NCBI GenBank assembly: GCA_048213135.1
Contig: PS015010.1
Span: 1,612,001-1,676,000, forward strand
From: Reclinomonas americana ATCC 50394
Lineage: Eukaryota
DNA: 64,000 nt
Direction: 5' to 3'
Shown here: positions 49,730 through 60,635 of the stretch, piece after piece
Numbering within the stretch: position 1 is the stretch's first letter
How the letters are laid out: each line of letters starts with the position of its first letter
Notes under the pieces: model-generated
Told to the model about the DNA's origin: nothing
The model's database searches: none
Seen by the model: the letters and a program-made list of their open reading frames with translations, nothing else
Position numbers and translations under genes: made by a program

Positions 49730-51085
49730 ATGAGTCTAGTTGATTTAGTCATGCCGAAACTGGGTGAAAGTATCATGGAAGCCACCATCCTGAAATGGCA
49801 CAAGAAACCCGGTGATGCGATCAAACAGGATGAAACAGTGCTGGATATCGCTACCGACAAAGTGGACAGCGAAGTACCCTCCACCGCTGAAGGTGTGCTG
49901 GAAGAGGTATTATTCAAAGAGAATGACGTAGTGCCCATTGGTACCGTTATTGCCCGTATCCGCTCCGGGGCAGCTGCCGCAACCGCAACTCCCGCCGCCA
50001 GCAGCAGTCCGCAGCAGTTTGAAGAGGCCCGCGTGGTAGAGGAGATCCCTTACCAGCCTACCGCCAGCGCAGCCGCACAGGCCACCACCACTTCCGGCAC
50101 CGGCAAAATGCGTTTTTATTCCCCGCTGGTACTTAATATCGCCCAGCAGGAAGGCATCAGCATGGCCGAACTGGAAAATATCCCGGGAACCGGGCAGGAC
50201 GGCAGGGTAAGCAAAAAAGATATCCTGGCCTATGTAGGCGCCAAAAAATCCGGTAAAGTAGCCGATGCTCCCGCTACGATAGCCCCCGCCCGCCCGGCAC
50301 AGGAAGTAACCGTCATACCAACAGAACAGGCTGTACCGAAAGAAAGCAGTTCGCAGGTACCGGCCGTATATTCCGGCAACGTGGAAGTAATTGAAATGGA
50401 CCGTATGCGCAAACTGATCGCCAAGCATATGGTGGACAGCAAACATACTTCGCCACACGTAACCAGCTTCGCGGAATGTGATGTTACCAACCTGGTATTG
50501 TGGAGAGAAAAAGTGAAAAAGGATTTTGAGAAACGTGAAGGAGAAAAGATCACGTTCACCCCGCTGTTCATTGAAGCCATTGTAAAATGCATCAAGAAAT
50601 ACCCATGGCTGAGCAGTTCGGTAGACGGCGACAAGATCATTGTGAAGAAAGACCTCAATATAGGCATGGCCACCGCCCTGCCCTCCGGCAACCTCATTGT
50701 ACCGGTAATTAAGAATGCCGACCAGCTGAACCTGGTGGGACTGACCAAACAGGTGAACGGACTGGCCAATGCTGCCCGCAACGGCAAACTGAAACCCGAT
50801 GATACCACCGGCGGCACTTTTACCCTCACCAATGTGGGCACTTTCGGCAGTATTATGGGCACTCCCATCATCAACCAGCCGCAGGTAGCCATTATGGCCG
50901 TAGGCGCCATCAAAAAAAGGCCGATGGTGATTGAAACGCCCCAGGGCGACAGTATCGCTATCCGTCATATGATGTACATTTCACTGAGTTATGATCATCG
51001 TATCATCGACGGTGCATTAGGAAGCACCTTCCTGAATGCCGTATCAAAAGAACTGGAGAATTTTGATATATCGAGAAGTATTTAA
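49730..51085 (+). CDS. 2-oxoacid dehydrogenase E2, dihydrolipoamide acyltransferase (branched-chain-type likely)
   Basis: Lipoyl domain ATDKVDSEVPS, E3-binding GTGQDGRVSKKD, catalytic YDHRIIDG. Confidence 0.93.
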   Translation: MSLVDLVMPKLGESIMEATILKWHKKPGDAIKQDETVLDIATDKVDSEVPSTAEGVLEEVLFKENDVVPIGTVIARIRSGAAAATATPAASSSPQQFEEARVVEEIPYQPTASAAAQATTTSGTGKMRFYSPLVLNIAQQEGISMAELENIPGTGQDGRVSKKDILAYVGAKKSGKVADAPATIAPARPAQEVTVIPTEQAVPKESSSQVPAVYSGNVEVIEMDRMRKLIAKHMVDSKHTSPHVTSFAECDVTNLVLWREKVKKDFEKREGEKITFTPLFIEAIVKCIKKYPWLSSSVDGDKIIVKKDLNIGMATALPSGNLIVPVIKNADQLNLVGLTKQVNGLANAARNGKLKPDDTTGGTFTLTNVGTFGSIMGTPIINQPQVAIMAVGAIKKRPMVIETPQGDSIAIRHMMYISLSYDHRIIDGALGSTFLNAVSKELENFDISRSI

Positions 51086-51093
51086 ATCATCAT

Positions 51094-51121
51094 AAAAAAG
51101 GCCGGTCTCCCGGTCTTTTTT
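51094..51121 (+). terminator. Intrinsic terminator
   Basis: aaaaaaggccgg/ccggtctttttt stem-loop. Confidence 0.7.
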
Positions 51122-51136
51122 ATTTTCAGTATTCCA

Positions 51137-51583
51137 TTGAATAAGCAACTGGTCATTATACCACTAATCCTGCTGGCCCTTTATGGCCTGTATAAAGGAG
51201 GGAGAGAATTGTATTGGGTACATCACCACAGCATATTATTTGGCGATTCGTTGAAGATCAGGATAAGGGCAGATGAACAGATGCTAGGTTTTATGGATTA
51301 CCCGGTAGACAAAACCATTACACTGACCAGGCTGGATAGCAGGAAAAAAATCTCGTTCAGCTATACTTCTGAAGAATACCTTATCCGTTTTTACAAAGAC
51401 AGTGTAGGCTCTGATAATATATTGTTGATCACAGATCCGTATACCGACACCGTGGCTACTGTTAACTGCCGAACACTCGAAACAATGAGCAGTGCCCCGT
51501 TTTATCAGATGGCATCTTCCACAGACAGTTCACCGGGCAAAAAACCTTTCCTCGTCTATGATGAAAAGGGATTTCATCAATAA
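51137..51583 (+). CDS. Hypothetical protein with N-terminal TM helix
   Basis: 148 aa ORF filling the gap; TTG start. Confidence 0.55.
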   Translation: MNKQLVIIPLILLALYGLYKGGRELYWVHHHSILFGDSLKIRIRADEQMLGFMDYPVDKTITLTRLDSRKKISFSYTSEEYLIRFYKDSVGSDNILLITDPYTDTVATVNCRTLETMSSAPFYQMASSTDSSPGKKPFLVYDEKGFHQ

Positions 51584-51588
51584 TTGGA

Positions 51589-51969
51589 TCAACCGTTAAC
51601 CGAAGTAATCCACCACACATTTCCAAACGGGTCTCTAACGCCACTGCTTCTTCCATAAGGCTGGTCGGCCGGCGGCATTAAGGAGAAAGCTCCTTCAGCC
51701 AGCGCTTTTTCATAGCAGGCATCCGCGTTATCCACGTATACAAACATACCTGCCGTATGTGCAGCCCATTGTGCGGTTTGTTCGGCGAACATGATGGTGC
51801 TCTCCCCTATCTTCACCTGGGCGTGGCCGATCGTACCATCTTCCCGCTTCATGGAATAAGTTTCTTCCGCGTCAAAAACATCTTTCACAAATTGCATGAA
51901 CCCATCCGCATTCTCAAGAACGAGGTAAGGCATTACATGCTGGTGACCTTCGGGGAGTGATGCTGCCAT
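51589..51969 (-). CDS. VOC/glyoxalase (PhnB-like) protein
   Basis: VMPYL, HAQVKIGESTIM, DQPYGRSSGVRDPFGNVWWI. Confidence 0.92.
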   Translation of the reverse strand: MAASLPEGHQHVMPYLVLENADGFMQFVKDVFDAEETYSMKREDGTIGHAQVKIGESTIMFAEQTAQWAAHTAGMFVYVDNADACYEKALAEGAFSLMPPADQPYGRSSGVRDPFGNVWWITSVNG

Positions 51970-52180
51970 GATTGTTGGTTTGGGGTAAAAGTAAAAATTA
52001 AAAAGTCAAAAGTCAAAACTGCCGTTTAAAACCCTAACGATTTTTACTTTTGACTTTTTACCCCCCCCCCGCCTTAAACAGTTTATTTGCCGAACATATA
52101 ACTGCCCTTCGTTATTGAAAATAATCGTAATCTTACATGCTCAACTTAATCAATAACCCTCATTAAATCATTATCAAACG

Positions 52181-54130
52181 ATGAGATTCATCTGCTGCTT
52201 ACTGTATCTTATTCCCTGTATCGCTTTTTCCCAAACACCGTATACCACTGAAGATATTGCCGCTATGGAAGGCCGCCGGCATTCACGTATCTTCAGTTCC
52301 GGGGAGAATATAACCGGCGCTTCCGCCAATTTCGACACCAAATATTACCGTTGCGAATGGGAGGTTGACCCCGCGGTAAGGGCCCTTAAAGGCAAGGTAA
52401 CTTCCTATTTCCTGCTTAACACAGCCTCCACATCTATTTCATTCGACCTGATGAGTCCGCTCGTTGTAGACAGTGTTACACAACGGGGAAGCAAACTTAC
52501 ATTTACGCATATCAGTAATGTGCTGCAGGTGAATTTTACCGGTACCATCAACGCCGGCGTTACCGATTCCGTGAGCATATTTTATGGCGGCGTACCCCGC
52601 GTGGCGGATGGCTCATTTGAAAGACAACTGCATGCCGGTGTACCCATCATCTGGACACTCAGCGAACCTTACGGGTCCCGCGACTGGTGGCCCTGCAAGA
52701 ACGGGCTCGACGACAAAACCGATTCCATCGACATCATCATCAAACATCCTTCGGGTGTTAAAGCCGTTGCCAATGGTATACTTCAAAGTGAAACACCCAC
52801 CGATGGCGGTACCAAAACACTCACCAGCTGGAAGCACCGTTACCCCATTGCCAGCTACCTGGTGGCTTTCGCGGTTACCAACTACAGCGTATTCAATAAC
52901 AGCGTATCGCTGGGCTCAGTCAACCTGCCCATGCAAACCTACTGTTATCCCGAAGACCTGAATGTATTTTCTACAGGTACCATCAATACGCTGAACGCGA
53001 TGCAATTGTTTCATGCCAATTTCGGCGACTATCCTTTTATCAAAGAAAAATACGGTCATGCCCAGTTCAACTATGGCGGCGGTATGGAACACCAGACCTG
53101 CTCTTTTGTAGGCAGCATCGACGAGTCGCTTTGCGCACACGAACTCGGTCACCAATGGTTTGGCGATAAGATCACCTGTGGAAGCTGGGAACACATCTGG
53201 CTGAATGAAGGGTTCGCCACACACCTGGCCAGCTTCTATATGGAAAATAAATACCCGGCCTCCGTGCTCACCCGCAGGCGCAGCGAGATCAATACCATCA
53301 CTTCTCAAACGGGCGGGTCTGTTAAAGTAGACGACACCACCAACATCAACCGCATCTTCAGCAACAGGCTTACCTATCTTAAAGGTTCTCACCTGTTGTA
53401 TATGCTGCGTTTTAAATTAGGTGATGATAACTTTTTCAAAGGCGTAAGGAATTACCAGAAAGATCCCGCAGTCATGTATGGTTTCGCCCGTACCCCCGAT
53501 CTGCAGCGTCACCTGGAAACCGCCAGCGGACAGAACCTGACCAATTTTTTCAAGCAATGGTTCGAAGGACAGGGTTACCCGTCGTACCGCGTTACCTGGA
53601 ACAACAACGGAAATAACATCGTAAAAATTCAGTTGAACCAGGTGACTTCACACGCATCCGTTGCTTTCTTTGAACTGCCGGTGGCTTTGCAATTCAAGAA
53701 CGCGACACAGCAAAAAACAGTTATCGTAGACAATAAAACAAACGGCGAGATCTTCACCCGTGATATTGGTTTCCTGGCCGATACCGTGCTCATCGATCCG
53801 GAGGCCTGGCTCATCACCCGTAACAATACCACATTAAGAACACCTGATGTAACGCCACCTCCACCACCGGTTGACCCTGACAACACCATCCGGATATTCC
53901 CCAATCCCATTGGTGCCGAATTCAGCATCCGCTTTACCAGTTATACCGGCAGAACAGCTTACATTACCGTGTACAATTCCGGCGGACAAAGAGTATATGC
54001 CAATACACTCGCCATTGCGGGCGGCACCGCTACGCTGAAAATACCCAGTGCACGCTGGGCCGGCGGACAATACACGCTGAAGATCAAGGGGGATAATGAA
54101 GTGAAACTGGTGAAGAAACTGATCAAATAG
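52181..54130 (+). CDS. M1 family aminopeptidase with T9SS C-terminal domain
   Basis: GGMEH, HELGHQWFG...WLNEGFA; CTD IFPNP...GQYTLKI...KLIK. Confidence 0.92.
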   Translation: MRFICCLLYLIPCIAFSQTPYTTEDIAAMEGRRHSRIFSSGENITGASANFDTKYYRCEWEVDPAVRALKGKVTSYFLLNTASTSISFDLMSPLVVDSVTQRGSKLTFTHISNVLQVNFTGTINAGVTDSVSIFYGGVPRVADGSFERQLHAGVPIIWTLSEPYGSRDWWPCKNGLDDKTDSIDIIIKHPSGVKAVANGILQSETPTDGGTKTLTSWKHRYPIASYLVAFAVTNYSVFNNSVSLGSVNLPMQTYCYPEDLNVFSTGTINTLNAMQLFHANFGDYPFIKEKYGHAQFNYGGGMEHQTCSFVGSIDESLCAHELGHQWFGDKITCGSWEHIWLNEGFATHLASFYMENKYPASVLTRRRSEINTITSQTGGSVKVDDTTNINRIFSNRLTYLKGSHLLYMLRFKLGDDNFFKGVRNYQKDPAVMYGFARTPDLQRHLETASGQNLTNFFKQWFEGQGYPSYRVTWNNNGNNIVKIQLNQVTSHASVAFFELPVALQFKNATQQKTVIVDNKTNGEIFTRDIGFLADTVLIDPEAWLITRNNTTLRTPDVTPPPPPVDPDNTIRIFPNPIGAEFSIRFTSYTGRTAYITVYNSGGQRVYANTLAIAGGTATLKIPSARWAGGQYTLKIKGDNEVKLVKKLIK

Positions 54131-54165
54131 TATTGAGTAATTAGTAGCAAGTATCAAGTATACAA

Positions 54166-54206
54166 AAGATGGAGTCCTCTTTACCTGGGGGACTCCATCT
54201 TCTTTT
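54166..54206 (+). terminator. Intrinsic terminator
   Basis: aagatggagtcc/ggactccatctt stem plus T-run. Confidence 0.75.
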
Positions 54207-54260
54207 ACCGTCCTTTACATCCTCCATCTTGTATCCTTCATCTTTAACAACCTTTGCCAA

Positions 54261-54298
54261 TCACCGGGGTCTCGTTTACACGAAGACCCCGTCGGAAC
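54261..54298. repeat. REP-like element family B (short copy)
   Basis: TCACCGGGGTCTC...GAAGACCCCGTCGGAAC matches the ends of 19314-19378. Confidence 0.7.
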
Positions 54299-54409
54299 AG
54301 CGGTAACCGGGTATCCGGTATCCTGCATCTCGCATCCCATATTGTATATCCGCTATCCCCCTTTCCTTCCGGGCACAGATTTTGCTGCTTCCAGGCAAAT
54401 CCCAATACC

Positions 54410-55441
54410 ATGAAGCCGTTGCTGCTGCTTTGCTTTATCATCTCCCTGTACGGTTGTTCCAAGAATACGACTACGGGTACAACCGGCACACCTGCTGATA
54501 CCACGTACTCTTCGCCTGTGCCACCCGTGCCACCACCGGCTCCTGCCTGCCCGGGTACAGCGCTGGCACAAGCGGAGAACATCAATATATTTCCCGCGGA
54601 TAATCCCTGGAACATGGCGATTGACGCCGCCCCGCTTGATAGTCGCTCCAGCGCCATCATTGCACTGATCGCCAATAACAACCCATCACTAAAAGCCGAT
54701 TTCGGCAGTGGCTTGTGGAACAATGCTCCTATCGGCATTCCTTACGTAGTCGTTTGCGGTAACCAGCCTCTGCTGCCTGTTGTGTACCGGGCCAACGGGT
54801 ATGATGGTAATTATGGTGATGAAAGCGACCCCGGCCCCTTTCCCATCCCCGCCAATGCTCCGATAGAAGGCAATGGTAATGGCGACAGTCACGTGATAGC
54901 CGTTGATGTTGAAAACAAAAAACTCTATGAGCTGTACAATGCCAGTCGCGGCAGCAACAGTTGGGAAGCCTCCAGCGGCGCTTTGTTCAACCTCAATTCT
55001 AATGCTTTGCGACCTGCCGGGTGGACATCCGCCGATGCAGCTGGTCTGCCCATATTCCCCGGGCTGGTGCGGTATGAAGAAGTACTGAAAGGCGTGATCG
55101 ACCATCCCATCCGTTTTACTTTACGCAGCAGTAAGGTCAGCCGTGCCTATATCAACCCTGCACGGCATAAAGTGAATGGAGGCAATACTTCTTCGGCGGC
55201 TCCTGTTCCTTTTGGTATGCGTATACGGCTGAAAGCAGCGTTCAATATATCGTCCTTCTCGCCTGTTAACCGGGTTATTTTACAGGCCATGAAAACATAC
55301 GGACTGATATTAGCTGATATAGGTTCTGACCTTTACATCAGCGGTGCCCCCGATGAACGCTGGAACAACGATGACCTCCGCAACCTGGGCCAGTTGAAAG
55401 CCTCCGATTTTGAAGTGGTGCAGATGGGAGTTTTTTATTGA
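54410..55441 (+). CDS. Hypothetical lipoprotein
   Basis: ATG 54410, lipobox LYGC, Thr/Pro linker, conserved-looking WTSADAAGLPIFPGLVRYEE domain. Confidence 0.75.
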   Translation: MKPLLLLCFIISLYGCSKNTTTGTTGTPADTTYSSPVPPVPPPAPACPGTALAQAENINIFPADNPWNMAIDAAPLDSRSSAIIALIANNNPSLKADFGSGLWNNAPIGIPYVVVCGNQPLLPVVYRANGYDGNYGDESDPGPFPIPANAPIEGNGNGDSHVIAVDVENKKLYELYNASRGSNSWEASSGALFNLNSNALRPAGWTSADAAGLPIFPGLVRYEEVLKGVIDHPIRFTLRSSKVSRAYINPARHKVNGGNTSSAAPVPFGMRIRLKAAFNISSFSPVNRVILQAMKTYGLILADIGSDLYISGAPDERWNNDDLRNLGQLKASDFEVVQMGVFY

Positions 55442-55527
55442 ATATAGAATATTGAATATTGTTTATTGCTGCATGGGTCAGTAGTCTCTTATGCTGAATA
55501 GTACTACATTTGCGGCAATCATAAATT

Positions 55528-56169
55528 ATGCAGCAGCAGGACACCAACGTACAACAAGCCTACAATGAATGGTCGGAGCAATACGACAGCAACCACAACC
55601 GCACCCGCGATTTGGAAGCTGTTTCATTAAGAGAAGCCATTGCTGCCCTGTCATACAGCAACTGCCTTGAGATTGGTTGCGGTACGGGTAAGAATACCGT
55701 TGCACTGCTGGAAAAAGCAGCGACGCTTACCGCTGTTGATCTTTCAGAAGGTATGCTGGCCGTAGCCAGGGAAAAGATACAATCGCCGAAAATTCAGTTC
55801 CGCCAGGCAGATATTACACTTCCATGGAGTTTTGCAGATGGTTCGTACGATCTCATCACCTTCAGCCTGGTATTGGAACATATCGATCAGTTGAACGCTG
55901 TATTCGAAAAAGCGGCAGCCGTACTTCAGCCAGGCGGGCATATTTATGTGGGTGAACTCCATCCCTTCAAACAATACAATGGCAGCAAGGCCAGGTTTGA
56001 CACCACTGCAGGCACACAGGTAGTTACCTGTTTCAATCATCACATCACGGATTTTACCATGGCGGCAAAAAACAGTGGTCTTGAACTGGTGGATATAAAA
56101 GAATATTTCGACGATGATGACCGTACACAAATCCCCCGTGTACTCCGTCTTCTTTTCAGGAAATCATAA
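55528..56169 (+). CDS. Class I SAM-dependent methyltransferase
   Basis: LEIGCGTGKNT, VDLSEGML, SLVLEHI. Confidence 0.9.
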   Translation: MQQQDTNVQQAYNEWSEQYDSNHNRTRDLEAVSLREAIAALSYSNCLEIGCGTGKNTVALLEKAATLTAVDLSEGMLAVAREKIQSPKIQFRQADITLPWSFADGSYDLITFSLVLEHIDQLNAVFEKAAAVLQPGGHIYVGELHPFKQYNGSKARFDTTAGTQVVTCFNHHITDFTMAAKNSGLELVDIKEYFDDDDRTQIPRVLRLLFRKS

Positions 56170-56174
56170 TATTA

Positions 56175-56729
56175 TTGCTCGTGAAGAAAAAGATCAGGCG
56201 CACTTACCGTGTAGCTCGTTATGTAGTTTACCGGCAAACCATTGTCAATCCTTCGGATCATATCTGGACCTTTATTGGCGCTTTTATTGGAATTGCCCTG
56301 ATAGGACTGATACAACAGAATCGTTTTGACCCCACGGATACTGTTTTCCTCATCGGCTCTTTCGGTGCAAGTGCCGTACTCGTGTTTGGCGCTACGAACA
56401 GTCCGCTGGCGCAACCCCGCAATTTATTTTTCGGCCACCTGATCAGCGCCATCATTGGTGTTACGGTTCATAAAGTTTGTCCCGACCTGCTGTGGCTGGC
56501 TTCCGCACTTGCCGTATCGCTTTCCATTGTGGCCATGCAGATCACCAAGACCATGCACCCGCCCGGCGGCGCTACGGCATTGATTGCCAACATCGGTACA
56601 GAAAAAGTGAAAGCGCTGGGTTATGGTTATGTACTCTCGCCTGTTGTATCCGGCGCGCTGATCCTCCTCGTGGTGGCATTGATTGTGAACAATATACCCG
56701 GCAACAGGAATTACCCCTATAAGAAATGA
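56175..56729 (+). CDS. HPP family membrane protein
   Basis: GSFGASAVLVFG..SPLAQPRN, HPPGGATAL. Confidence 0.93.
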   Translation: MLVKKKIRRTYRVARYVVYRQTIVNPSDHIWTFIGAFIGIALIGLIQQNRFDPTDTVFLIGSFGASAVLVFGATNSPLAQPRNLFFGHLISAIIGVTVHKVCPDLLWLASALAVSLSIVAMQITKTMHPPGGATALIANIGTEKVKALGYGYVLSPVVSGALILLVVALIVNNIPGNRNYPYKK

Positions 56730-56844
56730 CCTGCGCTTATCAACAGCTGTGGAAACATTCCGGGTGTTGACTTGTTCTGCTGAACATTATTTTTTGAGTA
56801 TATTTATCTTCCTGATTCCTTACAGGACAATCGGAACCTAACCA

Positions 56845-58944
56845 ATGCTTATGACTTATCGCTACTTTGTATTACTTGCCGCGTTCCTTTCATTTTCCGC
56901 CCGTTCCTGGTCGCAGTGTATGACCTATCCTGTTCCGTTTGAACAACGCGTCAGTAAATCCGTTTTCATAGTACAGGGCAAAGTCACCGCTCAGCATGGT
57001 TATATCGATGAGAAAACAGGCAATATTTACACACTGAACGAATTCACCGTAGCTGCCTGGCTAAAAGGTTACCAGCCCAAAGACAAAGTGTATGTGATCA
57101 CCGTAGGCGGTGTTGTGGGCAATAAAGCCATGCGTGCAGATCCTGCATTGGAATTGGACACTTATCACGAATACCTGCTGATGCTGGAAGCGGACAATAC
57201 AACCATTGGCGACAAAGCCTTCCGCGAACAGCATCCCGATGCTTTGCAGGCGCTTACTTATGCCGATGCGCAGGGATCGCTTACCAATGAAAGAAATTTT
57301 TACCACGACCTTCATTACCGTACACCGCAAACAGAGACCGCCCTATTCAGCAGGATTGCCGGGCTGACGGGGCAAACCGCCAAAACCCCGCAGGGACAGC
57401 CGTTCACGCCACGCAGTTCTTTCGCCCCGCCTCCCGTAGCGGATGTGATCACCAGTTTTTCGCCAACAACTTCTTATGCAGGAACGATAGTAACATCAGA
57501 TTACATTACCATCAGCGGCAATAGTTTCGGTGCGGCGGCTGGTACTGTTTTTTATACCAACGCCGATGATGGCGGCGCCACTTTTACATCGAGCGGTGTT
57601 GCAACAGATAATGTTTCCTGGTCGGCTACCAGCATTCAGAACAAGATAGCCGCCAGCGCGGGAACGGGCCCCATCAATGTAAATGGTGTCATGATATCAG
57701 GAACCAACCTTACCGTCGACTACGCCCATCTCAATATTAACAGTACATTCAGCGGCTTTAGTTTGAGTACCCGGCAGCGCTACTACCTTGTTAATAAGAA
57801 CGGCCTGGGTGGTTATACGTATACATACAATACTTCTTTCTATAGCAACACTGCAGCAGTAAATGCTTTTGAAAGAGCTTTACTCCTGTGGCGCTGCAGC
57901 AGTTTCATCAACTGGCGGACATCTTCCATTACCAGCGCGGTTTCCTCGTCGTCACTGGATGGCATCAACCTCATACTATTCGATGCCACCCTGCCTGCGG
58001 GCGTACTGGGAAGAGCAACCAGCCGGTTCAATGGTTCTTCATCAGCCGGCTGCACAATGGCCAATACAGTCTGGTGGCTCGATGAACTGGACATCCAGTT
58101 TTATCCCGATCCGCCTGTAACAGGATTTCCCTGGCAATTCGGGCCCGCATCACCATCCTTCTCTGAATATGATTTTGAATCCGTAGCCCTGCACGAACTT
58201 GGTCACCATCACGGCCTTGGCCACGTAATCAATACAGGCCTGGTCATGCATTTTTCGCTGGCCAATGGTGAAGAGAAACGAACCTTACATGCCACCGATA
58301 TTGCAGGCGGTTCCGCTAAAGTAGCCTACTCTTCTTCCCTGTGTTTTACGCCAGCAACCGTCATCGGGCCCATGAATGCACTTAATGCGGGCAACTGTAT
58401 TTTACCTATACAACTTATCGATTTTACCGGTGAACGAAAGAACAGTACCACCAACCAGTTGTATTGGAATACCGCCCAGGAAAGCAATAACAAAGGTTTT
58501 TATCTTGACAGGAGTACCGATGGCAACTTCTTCAGCAATATTGCATTTGTTGCGGGAGCAGGTAACAGTACGCAGCCCAGGAACTATACCTATATCGATG
58601 ATAAAGCAGGCTTCATTCCGCTGTACTACCGCCTGCGCCAGGTTGATCTCGATGGGCGGGAAAGATTTTCAAAGATCATTTACCTGCCGGGCGACCCCTC
58701 GGCAGACCGAAAAGTATGGACAGATGGTGACGGACAGTTCATTCGATTCTATAACAGTCCGCAGGTAACGAAGGCCGCCCGTTTTGAATTGTATGCCGCA
58801 TCGGGACAAATTGTTATTGCCCATTATCTCAGCAAAAACATTAAATCAATACCGGCAGGTCATTTGGCGAGAGGCGTATATTTCTACCGTCTTTTTACAG
58901 ATACAGAATCCCTGTCTGGCAAGTTGTTCCTTGGTGGTAAATAA
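56845..58944 (+). CDS. Secreted metzincin (matrixin-like) metalloprotease with T9SS CTD
   Basis: HELGHHHGLGH zinc motif followed by a Met-turn; LPIQLIDF..YYRLRQVDLDG module; C-terminal GVYFYRL. Confidence 0.85.
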   Translation: MLMTYRYFVLLAAFLSFSARSWSQCMTYPVPFEQRVSKSVFIVQGKVTAQHGYIDEKTGNIYTLNEFTVAAWLKGYQPKDKVYVITVGGVVGNKAMRADPALELDTYHEYLLMLEADNTTIGDKAFREQHPDALQALTYADAQGSLTNERNFYHDLHYRTPQTETALFSRIAGLTGQTAKTPQGQPFTPRSSFAPPPVADVITSFSPTTSYAGTIVTSDYITISGNSFGAAAGTVFYTNADDGGATFTSSGVATDNVSWSATSIQNKIAASAGTGPINVNGVMISGTNLTVDYAHLNINSTFSGFSLSTRQRYYLVNKNGLGGYTYTYNTSFYSNTAAVNAFERALLLWRCSSFINWRTSSITSAVSSSSLDGINLILFDATLPAGVLGRATSRFNGSSSAGCTMANTVWWLDELDIQFYPDPPVTGFPWQFGPASPSFSEYDFESVALHELGHHHGLGHVINTGLVMHFSLANGEEKRTLHATDIAGGSAKVAYSSSLCFTPATVIGPMNALNAGNCILPIQLIDFTGERKNSTTNQLYWNTAQESNNKGFYLDRSTDGNFFSNIAFVAGAGNSTQPRNYTYIDDKAGFIPLYYRLRQVDLDGRERFSKIIYLPGDPSADRKVWTDGDGQFIRFYNSPQVTKAARFELYAASGQIVIAHYLSKNIKSIPAGHLARGVYFYRLFTDTESLSGKLFLGGK

Positions 58945-59029
58945 ATCCGCTACCGGCCATCACAATTATCAGGCAGCCTGCAACTGAAATGATTAGTTTA
59001 GTCCTGCACTACACTAAACTTTCCTGCAT

Positions 59030-60620
59030 ATGCGCATTATTTTCTCTGCACTTTCCTGCTTTGTATTGTTATCTGCCCAAAGCCAGAACCTCATCAGCGG
59101 CGGACAACTGAAACCGCTGCAGGCCATTATGGATATACGTCATTATACTGTTGCACTGGATGCAGACCCGGTACAGCAAACCATTGGCGGAACTACAGAC
59201 ATCGATCTCATACTCTCAAAACCAACCGACACTTTACTGTTCAATCTTGTCGACCTGTATAAAGTAAGTAAAGTACTGGTGAACGGTAAACCACAAAGTT
59301 TTGATCATCATGATCACCTGCTATACATCATTTCAAAATCGCCATTCGCCGCACAGAAAACGACCGTAAGCATCAGTTACAGTGGCAAACCCGCCGTGGC
59401 TGCACGCCCGCCATGGGATGGCGGTTTTACCTGGTCAAAAGATCCCGCCGGCAACCCGTGGATAGCTGTTACCGACGAAGGCGAAGGCGCTACCATCCTC
59501 TTCCCCTGTAAAGACCATCCCAGCGATGAACCTAATGAAGGTGCCGACATGCTCATCACTGTACCCAAAGGATTGACAGCTGTTGGTCCCGGTTTATTAC
59601 AGGGCTCCAAAACCAAAGGCAACAAAACCACCTGGCACTGGAAAACACGTTATACCATCAACAATTACAGCATCCTCTTCAATGTGGGAAAATACAAACT
59701 GGTGAGCCGCCCTTACACTACCATAAATGGCAATAAAGTGCCGATGGATTTTTATGTGCTGGAGAGCAATGTTGCTAAAGCTGAACACCATCTCGATGTA
59801 CTCGAACGCAGCATCCGTGTACAGGAAAAATATTTTGGCGAATACCCGTTTGTAAAAGAGAAGATCGGTATTTGTGAAACACCGCACCTGGGCATGGAAC
59901 ATCAAACTATGAATGCCTATGGCAACAATTTCAAATACACCAAAGTAGGCGGCAATGATTTTGACTGGCTGATGCACCACGAGTTTGGCCATGAATGGTG
60001 GGCCAATAAGATCACCAACAAAGACTGGGCCCACTACTGGATACAGGAAGGCATTTGTGTTTTTGGCGATATGATGTTCATAAGGGAAGTGGAAGGTGAA
60101 GAAGCCTATCTCAAAAAAAATGCGCAGCAATATGCGTGGCTTCCAGAATCAGAAGCCTGTTGTAATGGGCGAAACGGTTACAGAAGATGAAGCTTATCAT
60201 CCCGATATTTACAATAAAGGCGCCTTCTTTATGCACAGCCTGCGTTTCATCATTAGCGACAGTATCTTCTTCCCTGCCCTGAAAGGCTTTGCCACAGATC
60301 CCCGGTTCACTTATGATAATATGGTGACCACCGATGACGTGGAAAAATATTTCAGCCAGGCAGCCGGCCGTAACCTGAAACCTTTCTTTGATTTCTTCCT
60401 GCGCACTGTGAACAAACTTGAAATACAGGTACGCCAGACCGGGGAGAGTAAGTACCAGGTAAAGTCACTCAACCTCGATATGACCGTTCCGTTACAGGTA
60501 ACTACCGACAAAGGTGTAAACACCATTCAGCTTGATAAAAAAGGAGTAACTGTTAACAGCGAAAGCATGCCACTAATCGACGTAAAAGGATACTACCTGA
60601 AGAAAGTGATCTATGAATAA
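59030..60620 (+). pseudogene. M1 family aminopeptidase split by a frameshift (possibly a sequencing error)
   Basis: GMEHQ and HEFGHEWW...WIQEG in frame 1; YNKGAFFMHSLR C-terminal part in another frame; junction at the A8 run 60113-60120. Confidence 0.8.
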
Positions 60621-60635
60621 ATAAAAATCATCCGT

